Origin: Candidatus Kaiserbacteria bacterium
GTDB lineage: Bacteria; Patescibacteriota; Minisyncoccia; Phycocordibacterales; UBA2100
Length of the DNA stretch: 64,000 nt
Direction of reading: 5' to 3'
Assembly: GCA_963767115.1 (NCBI GenBank)
Contig: CAVYCR010000012.1
Location: 16,598-80,597 of the forward strand
Position numbers and translations under genes: made by a program. Positions within the stretch are counted from its first letter, which is position 1, and each line of letters starts with the position of its first letter. Below the pieces are notes generated by a model, which searched no databases, was not told where the DNA came from, and was given only the letters and a program-made list of their open reading frames with translations. Shown here piece after piece: positions 46,614 through 56,529 of this stretch.

Positions 46614-47729
46614 ATGGAAAAGCCCTTGCTCTATGATGAGATGAAGGAGAAGACGGACATTGCGATCTCGTACAAGCCCCTCCTGGTGAGTGGTGTCACA
46701 CTCGAAGTAGTTCAAGATGCCCTGCCGCCGATAAGTGCATGGTTTACCGCGGGTAGGATCGACGAAGCGCACATACTCTATATGGAGGCGACGGAGCTCG
46801 TCCGCTCGCGTGTCAGTATTGGCCAGAGTCCGAGCCAGATCTTGGAGGCACTCAAAGTGCTTTTTGCGCTCTTCCGCAACGAGAAGGTCTTACCACAAGA
46901 GATCGTTGCAGTCAGTGTCCCTCGTGTGACGTCGTTGAAACTCAAAGAAGAGGGTACGTCACTTACAGCCTCAGTCCCCAATCCCGGCAAGTCGCTCGAA
47001 ATCGACGTCGATGGCGTCACGTACCTGCGCCTGCCAGTGAAGACACGGCTCATCGATACGCACGACAAAGACATTCTCCCTGTCATCGAAGAGTACGCCC
47101 TGCCAAGAATTCATCATGGGGATCTTTTCTTCGTCAGCGAAAAGGCGCTCACCATCACGCAAGGTCGCGTCGTCGACATGAGCGACATTCATCCTGGATC
47201 GCTCGCGCGCATGCTCGCGCGCAACGTCGGCAACTCCTACGGCACGCAAGACTTCCACGGCTTCGGCCATGGCACATCACTCGCCATGCAGCTCTTTATC
47301 GAAGAAGCAGGCTATATGCGAGTACTCTTCGCCGCCGCAGTTTCTGCCATCACCCGTCCGCTCGGCATCCGCGGTGCCTTCTATTATCTCTGCGGCAAGA
47401 GCGCCAAATCGATCGACTGTCCGATGTCATTTCTCATCCTTGAATACGCACATGCAGCCAAGCTCGCACCCAAGGATAGCGACGGCGAGGCCAGACGTAT
47501 CAGAGAGAAGATCGGCTGCGAGACGGTCATCCTCGACGCCAACTACCGCGGCGCATTCAGCCTCGGCAAATCATCAAGCGCTATCACCGAAGAATTTATC
47601 GGTAAGCTCTTCCGAGACAATCCGCTGGGCCAGAGCGACGAAATGACGCCGTTTTGCATCGTGCGCAAAGCAAATATAAAATCGCAGGCCCTAGATTTTA
47701 CTCCGGGGCCTGCAACGAAACACGGGTAA
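46614..47729 (+). CDS. F420-0:gamma-glutamyl ligase (CofE)-like domain protein
   Basis: 371 aa. …HHGDLFFVSEKALTITQGRVVDM… and the C-terminal …NPLGQSDEMTPFCIVRK resemble the CofE-family signature. The N-terminal roughly 130 aa are unassigned. Confidence 0.5.
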   Translation: MEKPLLYDEMKEKTDIAISYKPLLVSGVTLEVVQDALPPISAWFTAGRIDEAHILYMEATELVRSRVSIGQSPSQILEALKVLFALFRNEKVLPQEIVAVSVPRVTSLKLKEEGTSLTASVPNPGKSLEIDVDGVTYLRLPVKTRLIDTHDKDILPVIEEYALPRIHHGDLFFVSEKALTITQGRVVDMSDIHPGSLARMLARNVGNSYGTQDFHGFGHGTSLAMQLFIEEAGYMRVLFAAAVSAITRPLGIRGAFYYLCGKSAKSIDCPMSFLILEYAHAAKLAPKDSDGEARRIREKIGCETVILDANYRGAFSLGKSSSAITEEFIGKLFRDNPLGQSDEMTPFCIVRKANIKSQALDFTPGPATKHG

Positions 47730-47737
47730 AACTTTTT

Positions 47738-49561
47738 TTACCCGAAGGTGAAGGTATACGCATCCAAGGTCCCCGATTCAAGATCGATCTCGAGCGTGTG
47801 AGTGCCATAATCAGGCAGGCTGATGATCTTGTAGAGACGGTCTTGGTCGATCGTCATTTCGCTGTTGCTATCGACATCCGCTCCCGCGTCCGCTCCTACC
47901 GGCTTGCCGTCGAGTAAGACCCTTACCTTAGCAGTTGGGTTGCCTGTCGCTACCATGTACACATTCTTGGCTTGGAATTGGTACTCGATCTTGCCTGCCG
48001 CTGTGTCAGACGTCTCGGCGTATTCAGCGTCGAAGGTCCAGGTGCCGCCGAGGTAGAGGCCGTTGGTCTGCAGCGAGGAAGGAATGGTCATGGTAGTCGT
48101 CGTTGCGTCTCCCACGGGCCCGTCAGCGAGCGGCTGATTGCGGTTGTAGCCGAAGTAGGTCTCGGGGCTGCCGAGCTCAGCAGCGTTGACCTCAGGCGCG
48201 TTTGGCGAGACGGTGCCTGTCGAGACCGTATCGGGGAGATTCTCATTTTGATCACGCTGCGTGAGCGCTTTCTGGATAGCGGCTTCGGTCTGCGCGTAAT
48301 CCCCTTCGCCCGAGTGGCTGTAGACGACAAAGCCGTCGCTGTTGATGAGATAGATCTGCGGCCAATATTCGTTTTGGAAGGCGTTCCATGTGGCATAGTC
48401 GTTGTCCATAACGACCGGGTACGTGATCCCGAGCGAAGTCACTGCAGCCTGTAGGTTGGATTGCAGTTTCTCGAAGGCAAACTCCGGCGTATGCACGCCG
48501 ATGATCGTCAATCCCTCGCTCTTGTACTTGTTCCACCACGCATTCACATAGGGGATCTCGCGCTGGCAGTTGATGCAGCTGTAGTCCCAGAAGTCGACCA
48601 GGACTACATTGCCCTTGGCCACCTGTCCTGCAATCGTGATCGGCTGCCCGCCGGTATTGATGTATCCGGCAGCGCCCGTGATCTCAGGAGACTTCGAGTA
48701 TTGCTGCGCTTCCTCGCTGATACGCTCTGCACTCGACGTCGCCGAAGCGCCCACTGCCGGAGCGTTACTCGTCGCATAGTCAGTGCCCGGCGCGATCAGC
48801 GCGGTCGAGGTGCCACTGCCGGTGTTCAAGGGTCCGGCGCTGTTGATGAGACCCTCTTCGAGCCCTGAGAATTTCTGGAAAGCGGCGGAGTTGGCGAAGA
48901 AGAGCTCCACATTGGCCTCGACGCCGAAGCCTATCGCAAGACCGATCGCTATGAAGAGGACGCCGATCGCCTTCTTGAAGATGCTGTTTGGGTTGGACGC
49001 AGCGCCGAATCTCTCGAGCAATTTTTGCCCAGCCACCGCCACGATAAGAAGCGTCACGCAGAGGCCAAATGTATATGCAAGCAGATACACGAGCCCCGCC
49101 AAGAAGCTGCGCGGCAGGACGGTCGCAATGATGAGGAAGTAGGTAGGGCTGCAGGAGGAAAAGACCGGCCCGAGCGAAGCGCCGACCAGGATATCTCCCG
49201 CGATGTTCTGCTTCTGATAGCCGGTGGCGAGGAGCTTGTTGGACTCGCGATTGATGCTGTTGACGAACGAGAGCCGGTCCCAGATCGACGGAAAAATGAT
49301 CGTAAGACCCAAGAAAACGATCACGACGCCCGAGAAGATCTGCCAGAAAGCGGGCGGGATGTTGATGAAAGCCGTACTGACCTTCAAGAACAAAGTAAAA
49401 AGTATCACCGATACGCCAAGCGAGATGGTCACCGTTATGGCACGCTTGATGCTCGTGCCTCCTGCAAGCGATCCGCCGACTATGATCGGCAAGAGCGAGA
49501 TCGTACAGGGCGCGAGCACAGTGAGGACGCCAGCAAGGAGTGATATAAGAAAGAGAATCAT
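47738..49561 (-). CDS. DipZ-like fusion: CcdA/DsbD-type thiol-disulfide transporter + thioredoxin-like domain + C-terminal beta-domain
   Basis: 607 aa. N-terminal multi-TM region with …VLAPCTISLLP…, central redoxin domain …VVLVDFWDYSCINCQREIPY…, and a C-terminal roughly 150-aa soluble domain. Confidence 0.7.
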   Translation of the reverse strand: MILFLISLLAGVLTVLAPCTISLLPIIVGGSLAGGTSIKRAITVTISLGVSVILFTLFLKVSTAFINIPPAFWQIFSGVVIVFLGLTIIFPSIWDRLSFVNSINRESNKLLATGYQKQNIAGDILVGASLGPVFSSCSPTYFLIIATVLPRSFLAGLVYLLAYTFGLCVTLLIVAVAGQKLLERFGAASNPNSIFKKAIGVLFIAIGLAIGFGVEANVELFFANSAAFQKFSGLEEGLINSAGPLNTGSGTSTALIAPGTDYATSNAPAVGASATSSAERISEEAQQYSKSPEITGAAGYINTGGQPITIAGQVAKGNVVLVDFWDYSCINCQREIPYVNAWWNKYKSEGLTIIGVHTPEFAFEKLQSNLQAAVTSLGITYPVVMDNDYATWNAFQNEYWPQIYLINSDGFVVYSHSGEGDYAQTEAAIQKALTQRDQNENLPDTVSTGTVSPNAPEVNAAELGSPETYFGYNRNQPLADGPVGDATTTTMTIPSSLQTNGLYLGGTWTFDAEYAETSDTAAGKIEYQFQAKNVYMVATGNPTAKVRVLLDGKPVGADAGADVDSNSEMTIDQDRLYKIISLPDYGTHTLEIDLESGTLDAYTFTFG

Positions 49562-49634
49562 AATGAATGTAGTATACCAGCCTCTCCGATTATGCGTCGG
49601 AGAGGCTGGATGAAAGTCTGATAACTACCAAGTA

Positions 49635-50522
49635 TTAGTTGGTCGGCATCAGGACAGTGTCGACGACGAAGGTCACGCCATTGCTGGAGATGACATCCGG
49701 AGTCTCGACCATCGATACGCCGTTGACGCTGATCTGGCCGCTCGCCGACTTGTTGATCGTGAGCTGGCCGCCTTCGACAGTCGTGAGTTTCTCACCGTCG
49801 GTAAGGTCAGCCGAAGTATAGCGACCCGGTACGACATGGTACTCGAGAATCTTCGTGAGCTGTGAGACGTTTTGCGGAAGCAAGAGGCTCGCAAGCGTCG
49901 AAGACGAGATCTTCGCAAAAGCGTTGTTGTCTGGAGCAAAGACCGTGAACGGTCCGGTGCCCTCAAGTGTCGATACAAGTCCTGCAGCCTTCACTGCTGC
50001 GACGAGCGTCGTCACGTTGTTGGCGTTGACCGCATTCTGCACAATGTCCTTGTCGGGAGTCATGAGTGCGCCACCGACCATAACGCCGGTCATCGTGGAT
50101 CCCGTTGAACCACTCGATCCCATTGACCCTGAGGTAGATCCACTCATTGAAGTGCTACCTGAGGTCATGCTCATCGAGCCCATAGAACTCTGTATCTCAG
50201 CGCGCGTGAGCGCGCCGAAGTAGCCGTGCGCCGGCAAGCCGACGGAAGACTGGTACGAGGCGAGCGCCGCTTTGGTCAGAGAGCCGAAATAGCCCATCGA
50301 GACGCCCGCAGGCATGGTAAGGAAGCCGCCGGAGACCAAGAAGCTCTGGAGCGCGGAGACGTTGTCTCCAGTCGATCCGTAGCTCAAGTCGCTGCTCGAG
50401 GTGAGCGTGCTCTCAGTCGTCATCATGGTCATCGGAGCCTCGTTCATCGCGGTCTGTGCAAATGCTGATGCCGCAGGCACGAGCGCGAGTGCTACGAGTG
50501 CTGCAAACGATACTTTTTTCAT
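49635..50522 (-). CDS. secreted protein with peptidoglycan-binding domain + fasciclin (FAS1) domain
   Basis: 295 aa. Signal peptide; …VSALQSFLVSGGFL…YFGSLTKAALASYQ… is PG_binding_1-like; …[14 protein letters not shown]…ILEYHVV… is FAS1. Confidence 0.75.
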   Translation of the reverse strand: MKKVSFAALVALALVPAASAFAQTAMNEAPMTMMTTESTLTSSSDLSYGSTGDNVSALQSFLVSGGFLTMPAGVSMGYFGSLTKAALASYQSSVGLPAHGYFGALTRAEIQSSMGSMSMTSGSTSMSGSTSGSMGSSGSTGSTMTGVMVGGALMTPDKDIVQNAVNANNVTTLVAAVKAAGLVSTLEGTGPFTVFAPDNNAFAKISSSTLASLLLPQNVSQLTKILEYHVVPGRYTSADLTDGEKLTTVEGGQLTINKSASGQISVNGVSMVETPDVISSNGVTFVVDTVLMPTN

Positions 50523-50556
50523 AATTGTAGTGATAAGAATTAATTACTGCTGCTGA

Positions 50557-51066
50557 TTAATAGTGATAATAGCCTTTCGAATCTTTGTCCGAATCTTTGC
50601 CCAAATATTTATTGCTGGGCACATTCTCGATAATCGATTCAAGGACGGTGAGATACCCGAGGAGATCACGCGTACTTGCGCCTTTGACCAGCGGCCGCAT
50701 GCGCGAACGCAATACGACCTCCGTATCGGCGACGAACTTCCTGCCTGCTTCCGAAAGCCGCAGGGATTTGCGCCGCGCATCCTTCTCGTCACGCTCTTCG
50801 AGCATGAAGCCCTTCTCCTTGAGCTTGCCGACGAGCGATGTCACGAACGGTGCTTCTACGCCGAGCTCGTGCGCCGCCACTGTCGGGCTCATTGATCGCT
50901 CGTATAGAAGCCCGAGAAACGCCCATTCGACGGTCGAAATGCCGTGCTCGTCCAAGATCATTCCCGTCGTTTGCTTGAGCGCGCGGTACGCCTTGGCTTG
51001 CAAGAGTCCGACGCTGTAGCTCGTGCGGTTATCCCGGACGCGCTTGATCTGCTTGAAGATGCTCAT
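50557..51066 (-). CDS. MarR-family transcriptional regulator
   Basis: 169 aa. Winged-helix pattern …GISTVEWAFLGLLYE…MSPTVAAHELGVEAPFVTSLVGKLKEKGFM…DARRKSLRLSEAG…. Confidence 0.75.
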   Translation of the reverse strand: MSIFKQIKRVRDNRTSYSVGLLQAKAYRALKQTTGMILDEHGISTVEWAFLGLLYERSMSPTVAAHELGVEAPFVTSLVGKLKEKGFMLEERDEKDARRKSLRLSEAGRKFVADTEVVLRSRMRPLVKGASTRDLLGYLTVLESIIENVPSNKYLGKDSDKDSKGYYHY

Positions 51067-51254
51067 AGTGGCATAGAGGGTCGATCGATACTGATGCGAC
51101 TGTGATGAACGTTCGAATACAAAGATTGATCATATGTTTATAAAATCGACCACTGTGCCCCTATCTCATGTGGATAGTTAAGCTACTTAAGTATACAGTT
51201 TCCAGCGTAAGATGCAATGAAGCATCGTGTGAATAATCGTGGTACGCTTGCCGG

Positions 51255-51494
51255 ATGGATGCGATGGCATTAGCCCAGCTCAAAAGACAGGCAGAATGGC
51301 ACGCGCAGGAAGAGCGCCATACCGCGCAAGAGCTCCAGAGCGCGGAGCTGGCGCTCGAAGGCGACAAGAAGAAGATCGAAGCGCTGCGCAAAAAGCTCGC
51401 CGAGAGCAAGCGCAAGACAGAAAGCTTCAACCAAGAGGTCATGCACGCGCAAGAAGAAATGCGCAAGCACATCGCCAATGGGGAGCGACCTTAG
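51255..51494 (+). CDS. small coiled-coil hypothetical protein
   Basis: 79-aa ORF, Glu/Lys/Ala/Gln-rich with a heptad-like pattern. Terminator hairpin downstream. Confidence 0.35.
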   Translation: MDAMALAQLKRQAEWHAQEERHTAQELQSAELALEGDKKKIEALRKKLAESKRKTESFNQEVMHAQEEMRKHIANGERP

Positions 51495-51516
51495 CCCTCG
51501 CCGGTTTCGAGTACAC

Positions 51517-51545
51517 GAAAAGAGCCACGCAGGTGGCTTCTTTCG
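51517..51545. terminator. bidirectional terminator-like hairpin
   Basis: AGCCAC-gcag-GTGGCT, flanked by GAAAAG on one side and TCTTTC on the other, between the + ORF and the minus-strand tRNA-Glu. Confidence 0.45.
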
Positions 51546-51551
51546 GTCTCA

Positions 51552-51623
51552 TGACCCCACGGGGAATCGAACCCCGATTAACGGCTTGAAAAGCCGGCGT
51601 CCTAACCGTTAGACGATGGGGCC
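51552..51623 (-). tRNA. tRNA-Glu (anticodon TTC)
   Basis: Reverse complement GGCCCCATCGTCTAACGGTTAGGACGCCGGCTTTTCAAGCCGT…GGGGTTCGATTCCCCGTGGGGTCA. Anticodon loop UUUUCAA; closely resembles bacterial tRNA-Glu. Confidence 0.85.
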
Positions 51624-51807
51624 TCTATAAAAAGGCATACGCATCATAGCGCATTGGAAGCATGTATGAAAGTGTGGTATTTTATGCGCTGACAATGATC
51701 TTTATACGGGCGGTTTCCCCTATTGGGAAACGGCCAGGCCCGAGACGGAAGGTACATTTCGTGTCGGGTCTACCGGGCAAGCCTCACTTATGTCAGGCTT
51801 GCCCAAA

Positions 51808-51894
51808 GGAGAGGTGGCTGAGTGGTCGAAGGCACCGGTTTCGAAAACCGGCATGCTCGTAAGGGCATCAAGAGTTCGAATCTCTTCCTCTCCG
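51808..51894 (+). tRNA. tRNA-Ser (anticodon CGA)
   Basis: Acceptor GGAGAGG/CCTCTCC, anticodon stem CCGGT/ACCGG, loop UUCGAAA, long variable arm, T-loop TTCGAAT. Confidence 0.85.
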
Positions 51895-51953
51895 CCTTCG
51901 TCACGACGTAGCTTTAGCGAAGTCGGGATTCGGAAGCTGTGTAGAGTCAAGTT

Positions 51954-51969
51954 TGCAATTTAAATTGCA
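51954..51969. promoter_or_regulatory. perfect 16-bp palindrome TGCAATTTAAATTGCA (candidate operator)
   Basis: Seen directly about 140 nt upstream of the fasciclin gene at 52109. A MarR regulator is encoded about 0.9 kb away. Confidence 0.3.
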
Positions 51970-52108
51970 TCGTAGGGCTTGCCGAGCGTTTATAAAGAAA
52001 CACTTAGAGCGATCGTCACAGGTCGACAAAGAATCATGAGATATTCATCGGTGATAGGTGATGATGTACTTTCGACCATTATAAGTACATCTAATAATAA
52101 CCACACCT

Positions 52109-52507
52109 ATGAAAAACATCATCGAAACTGCATCAAGCAACCCGGACTTCTCGACGCTCGTCACTGCGATCAAAGCCGCAGGGCTTGTCGATACACTTTC
52201 AGCAACTGGCCCGTTCACCGTCTTCGCGCCGACCAACGAGGCTTTTGCAAAGATCCCGAAGGCCACCCTCGACTCTGTGCTCGCAGACAAAAAGAAACTG
52301 ACATCCATCCTCACCTACCATGTCGTCGCCGGCAAAGTGATGTCTAAGGACGTCGCCGCAATGAAAGAAGCCAAAACCCTTGAGGGCTCCGAAGTGAAGA
52401 TAAGCATGAAAGACGGCGTCATGATCAACGATGCGAAGGTTACCTCAGCGGATCTTGAATGCACCAACGGCGTGATCCATGTGATCGACACGGTACTGAT
52501 GCCGTAA
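52109..52507 (+). CDS. fasciclin (FAS1) domain protein
   Basis: 132 aa. …[38 protein letters not shown]…[10 protein letters not shown]…[13 protein letters not shown]. Confidence 0.8.
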   Translation: MKNIIETASSNPDFSTLVTAIKAAGLVDTLSATGPFTVFAPTNEAFAKIPKATLDSVLADKKKLTSILTYHVVAGKVMSKDVAAMKEAKTLEGSEVKISMKDGVMINDAKVTSADLECTNGVIHVIDTVLMP

Positions 52508-52520
52508 GGCTGTATTTCTG

Positions 52521-53063
52521 CTATCTCTTGCGCGACCTCCGTCCGATGAAGGTCGTCACACGTCCTTCGGAGAGACTGCGGCCAAGGATACGGATACCGC
52601 GCGAGAGGTTGGTCGCCGCGACGATGAGAGAGAACTGCGAGAGCAGCAAGATGATGCCGAGCAGGACCTTTATGTATCTCCCCCACGCATAGTGCGAGGT
52701 CACTGCGTCCACTCGGAAGGTGAACCAACCGATGAGGAGCGTGATGAGAATGATCAGAAGCGCGTAGAAAAACATCTGCCCCGCCGAGACGAGCTCCATG
52801 CGCGCTTCTTCGTCGTTGGTCTTGGTCATCGAGTAGGTGAAGGTCACCGAAGCGAGGCTTATCACGAGCGCGATCGCGGAGAAGAAGGTCGCCGCGGTAT
52901 CGGTGAATGCGTCGCTTTGCACGAACTCCGTGAAAGACGAGACGATCAGGAGCGCGAGCGCGATCCACACGAGCACGTCGAGCACGTACGGCAAAGAATC
53001 GATCAGAAGGTTGATAGAACGTCGGATAATCGCCCACGTTCCAGTGTCGGTTTTGGTATTCAT
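52521..53063 (-). CDS. multi-pass membrane protein (hypothetical)
   Basis: Start at ATG 53063 (MNTKTDTGTW…). Four predicted TM helices. The upstream part of the 314-aa ORF is charged read-through antisense to the next gene. Confidence 0.45.
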   Translation of the reverse strand: MNTKTDTGTWAIIRRSINLLIDSLPYVLDVLVWIALALLIVSSFTEFVQSDAFTDTAATFFSAIALVISLASVTFTYSMTKTNDEEARMELVSAGQMFFYALLIILITLLIGWFTFRVDAVTSHYAWGRYIKVLLGIILLLSQFSLIVAATNLSRGIRILGRSLSEGRVTTFIGRRSRKR

Positions 53064-53126
53064 GATAGAGCAATAATAGAGTGCTTTCGCCAAAAGGAAA
53101 GGTCTCGAACATGATAGTATTGCAGT

Positions 53127-54161
53127 ATGAAAAATGATCGTACAGCCGCCAATTTCTTCCTCGCGCTTTTCATCATCGCGGCGGCCTTGGTGTGCTATCT
53201 CTTCCTGCCGACATTGAATGCGCTCACGCTCGGCGCGGTCTTTACCGTCCTCGCGCATCCGGTCTATCGCAGACTCCTGCGCCTGATGCCCAAGCATGAA
53301 TCGCTCGCCGCGATTCTCTCGCTCATACTTATATTCGTCGTCATCGTGGTACCGGTCGTCTTGCTCGCGTCTATCGTCTTCAACGAGGCGCAAGGCGTGT
53401 ATGCGAGCCTCACGATGGGCAGCGATTCGACCCTCGAGCAAAGGATCCTTGGCTATCTCGCACACGTAAGCCCGTCACTCGGGAGCGTCGACCTCAGCCA
53501 ATACACGAGAGACTTCTTCGTGTGGCTCATCGGCAACATTGGAGTGCTTTTCTCGCAGATCGCGAGCTCGGCTATCACGGTGATCTTGTCGGCCTTCACG
53601 CTCTTCTACCTCTTGCGCGACGGTGCACGCCTGCGCGAAGAGATCATCGAGACTTCGCCACTCACACACACCGATACGGCAAATATCCTGGACACGCTCA
53701 CCAGTATGGTCGGCTCTGTCATCCGCGGCACGCTCGTGGTCGCCGTGGTGCAAGGTGTGATAGTAGGCATCGGCTTCTATCTCTTCGGCTTGCACAACTC
53801 TGTCCTGTGGGGCTCCGTCTCGATCCTCTGCGCGCTCGTGCCTCTGATCGGCGCAGGTATCGTCTATATACCAGCCGCACTCGTACTTTGGGGTTGGGGG
53901 CACACGCTCGCCGCGATCGGCCTCGCGGTATGGGGATTCATTCTGTGCGGTTCGGTCGACAATTTCCTGCGCCCGCACCTCATCAAAAGCAGTGCCAACA
54001 TCAATCCCCTCCTGATACTCTTGAGCGTGATCGGCGGGCTCTCAGTCTTTGGGCCGATGGGGCTCGTCCTTGGCCCGCTCGCGCTGAGCCTTCTTTTGAC
54101 CCTCCTGCGGATCTACCCTTCCATGCGCGCCAAAGGACGGCAAAGTGCTAAGGCTTCCTAG
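53127..54161 (+). CDS. AI-2E family transporter (PerM/UPF0118-like)
   Basis: 344 aa with roughly 8 TM helices. The size and loop layout (…LRDGARLREEI…, …GSVIRGTLVVAVVQG…, C-terminal …FLRPHLI…NPLLILLSVIGG…GP) are typical of the family. Confidence 0.65.
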   Translation: MKNDRTAANFFLALFIIAAALVCYLFLPTLNALTLGAVFTVLAHPVYRRLLRLMPKHESLAAILSLILIFVVIVVPVVLLASIVFNEAQGVYASLTMGSDSTLEQRILGYLAHVSPSLGSVDLSQYTRDFFVWLIGNIGVLFSQIASSAITVILSAFTLFYLLRDGARLREEIIETSPLTHTDTANILDTLTSMVGSVIRGTLVVAVVQGVIVGIGFYLFGLHNSVLWGSVSILCALVPLIGAGIVYIPAALVLWGWGHTLAAIGLAVWGFILCGSVDNFLRPHLIKSSANINPLLILLSVIGGLSVFGPMGLVLGPLALSLLLTLLRIYPSMRAKGRQSAKAS

Positions 54162-54233
54162 CGAAGTAAAGATACTAAATGATTCTTAAAAAAAGAAAAC
54201 GCCCCTGTAAGGGAGCGCTGTTAGTCGTGGAGA

Positions 54234-54530
54234 TTACGATCGGAGTCTCTGGAAGTACGAAGTGATGCTCCGCGCGTATCTGTGGACCAAGTAATTGGCG
54301 GCGATCAGTAGCACGTACAAGATGAACGGGGCACAAATCGCCACGGCCCAACCGATACTTCCCGCGTAGAGAAGGAATATGTCAGTTACGCCGATAATAA
54401 ACGTCGGTGTGAGTGGCGGGAGATGGAATCGTTCATCGGTCCAATTGAAACGATTCATCCCAATACTTAGGATGAAACCGAGCCCGACGAGCCCAATGCT
54501 TTCCTCCAACCATGGGTACAAATCAAACAT
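54234..54530 (-). CDS. small membrane protein (hypothetical)
   Basis: 98-aa ORF with three hydrophobic helices. Confidence 0.35.
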   Translation of the reverse strand: MFDLYPWLEESIGLVGLGFILSIGMNRFNWTDERFHLPPLTPTFIIGVTDIFLLYAGSIGWAVAICAPFILYVLLIAANYLVHRYARSITSYFQRLRS

Positions 54531-54620
54531 GTCACTCTCCTGTGCTGCAATATATTATACCTATGATGTTCATATTGTCAATAAATCCTCAACAAAGGAA
54601 AGGCGTTTCCGTAGAGACGC

Positions 54621-54854
54621 CTAGACCAATCTTTTAGTCGCAAAATCACAAGTTATGTAACCATAGAAGATCAGAATCCATTGAAGACAAATCCCCGGGA
54701 TTGTTTCAAGCCCGTTCATATCTCCGTGGTACCAGAAATAGAAGGACGCCGGAATAGAAACCACGAAGCAGTACTGCGGCACTACTTCGAGGTCATATAC
54801 CCTCGAGAGTATCCCCACAAAGAAGTGGAGCGTGAGATACACTATGAAGAACAT
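54621..54854 (-). CDS. small membrane protein (hypothetical)
   Basis: 77-aa ORF with two or three hydrophobic helices. Confidence 0.35.
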   Translation of the reverse strand: MFFIVYLTLHFFVGILSRVYDLEVVPQYCFVVSIPASFYFWYHGDMNGLETIPGICLQWILIFYGYITCDFATKRLV

Positions 54855-54908
54855 CGCATTTCTCCTTCCCTGAAAAATATAATACTTCTCGTCTCTCTTG
54901 TAAACGGA

Positions 54909-55298
54909 TCATGCCACCGTGCCGGGCGCGATCGATTGGTGCTTCTTGATCTCGGTCACCTGGTTCTTGTCGTCGACAAACACCACCACGGGGTTGAGCG
55001 TCTCAAACTCCTTGGGCTCGATGAGGACCTCAGCAAGAATAATGATCTTGTCGCCTGGCGCGAAGAGCCGCGCGGGCGGGCCGTTGAGACAGATGTCGCC
55101 CTTCCCTCTCGCTCCGGCCATGATGTAGGTGCGCCACAGGGTCGCGTTGGAGAGATTGGTGATGTTCACGTATTGGAAGGGCTTCATGCCGCTCGCATCG
55201 AGTAGCGCTTCGTCGATCGTGATCGAGCCGACGTAATTGAGATCAGCCTGCGTGACCGTCGCGCGATGGATCTTGGCGGCACAAGCATGGATGAGCAT
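54909..55298 (-). CDS. panD: aspartate 1-decarboxylase
   Basis: 129 aa. MLIHACAAKIHRATVTQADLNYVGSITIDEALL… carries the self-processing G-S site. Confidence 0.85.
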   Translation of the reverse strand: MLIHACAAKIHRATVTQADLNYVGSITIDEALLDASGMKPFQYVNITNLSNATLWRTYIMAGARGKGDICLNGPPARLFAPGDKIIILAEVLIEPKEFETLNPVVVFVDDKNQVTEIKKHQSIAPGTVA

Positions 55299-55351
55299 GG
55301 GGCGATTGTACGCCTTTGGATCGATATGTAAACGCGTGATAACCTTGGCTT

Positions 55352-55657
55352 ATGAATACTCCCGAGAAAGGTTTCTACTATCATTACAAGCACGATCCGA
55401 ACGGAACCGTGAACAATTACGCTTACGAAGTAATGGGCGTCGGGCATCACACGGAAGACGATTCCCTTCTCGTAATGTATCGTCCGATTTACGAAGGCGA
55501 ACATTTGGATGCAAACGCCAATGCTTACCTGAGGCCGCGTGAGATCTTCTTGGAAGAAGTTACCAAAGAAGGCAAGACATTCCCCCGCTTCCGGAAAATC
55601 ACTGATCCAGCGGTCATCGCTGAGCTCGAAAATCTCCGCGATCAAATGTACCAATAA
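55352..55657 (+). CDS. DUF1653-like protein
   Basis: 101 aa. …GFYYHYKHDPNGTVNNYAYEVMGVGHHTEDDSLLVMYRPIY… matches my recollection of the DUF1653 signature. Confidence 0.55.
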   Translation: MNTPEKGFYYHYKHDPNGTVNNYAYEVMGVGHHTEDDSLLVMYRPIYEGEHLDANANAYLRPREIFLEEVTKEGKTFPRFRKITDPAVIAELENLRDQMYQ

Positions 55658-55712
55658 GAGAAAGGGCCGCGTAATACGCGGCCCCCGTTGTAGACAATCA
55701 GATTGTCTCAGA

Positions 55713-56288
55713 TTACGACTTCTTATACTCCTTCCAGAGCGGCTCCCAGCCTTCGCGGAAGACCGCCATCAATATCTCATCGCAGTATTCGCCATCGACG
55801 AAATGATGATCCTTGAGCTGCGCCTCGACTACATACCCGCATTTCTCGCTATAGCGCACACTCCGCTCGTTAAATGCAAATACACGTGAGCAGATCTTGC
55901 GCAAACCGAGAGAATTGAATGCGTAGTCCAAGAGCAACATCTTCGCATCGGTGCCGTACCCCTTCCCGATGAACTGCTTGGCTCCAATCACGGTACCCGT
56001 TGTCGCACGTCGATTGATCCAATCGATACTGTGTAACCCAATGAAGCCGATATGCTTGCCATCGAGTGTATCGATCGCAAACGAGATATCGCTGTGGTGC
56101 TTCTTATGATCGGCCGCAATCCATTCATCTTCTTCGAAGTACGAGAGCGGCATGCGCCTATTGAGAAACTTCGTTGTTTTTGGATGGTTTAGCCAGCGTA
56201 CCGCGCGCTCGCCATCGCCTTTTTCTTTGGGACGCAAGATCGTCTTCTTGCCTTTGCGGAAGATTATCTGTGAGGTCGTATCATTCAT
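55713..56288 (-). CDS. GNAT-family N-acetyltransferase (RimJ/RimL-like)
   Basis: Start at ATG 56288 (MNDTTSQIIFRKGKKTILRP…). …IGFIGLHSIDWINRRATTGTVIG…GKGYGTDA…AFNSLGLRKI…NERSVRYSEKCGY…. Confidence 0.7.
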   Translation of the reverse strand: MNDTTSQIIFRKGKKTILRPKEKGDGERAVRWLNHPKTTKFLNRRMPLSYFEEDEWIAADHKKHHSDISFAIDTLDGKHIGFIGLHSIDWINRRATTGTVIGAKQFIGKGYGTDAKMLLLDYAFNSLGLRKICSRVFAFNERSVRYSEKCGYVVEAQLKDHHFVDGEYCDEILMAVFREGWEPLWKEYKKS

Positions 56289-56529
56289 TACCATTCTCCT
56301 TTCAAGGTGCTTTGCCAAACAAAAACCTCGGCTTCCGTTCAGCCGAGGTCTTTCAAGGAGAGTTCTATGAATTACTGCGGCTGAGCACAAGCATCACTAG
56401 GAAGCGTGGCGATTGAGACGCCGCGCATCCAGAAATGTGTATTCTTACCGCAGTTATAGTGCTGCATAAATTGAAAGTAACACTGTATATGGATATGTCA
56501 AGTGCGCCCGATATGGTACCCTTCTTGGT

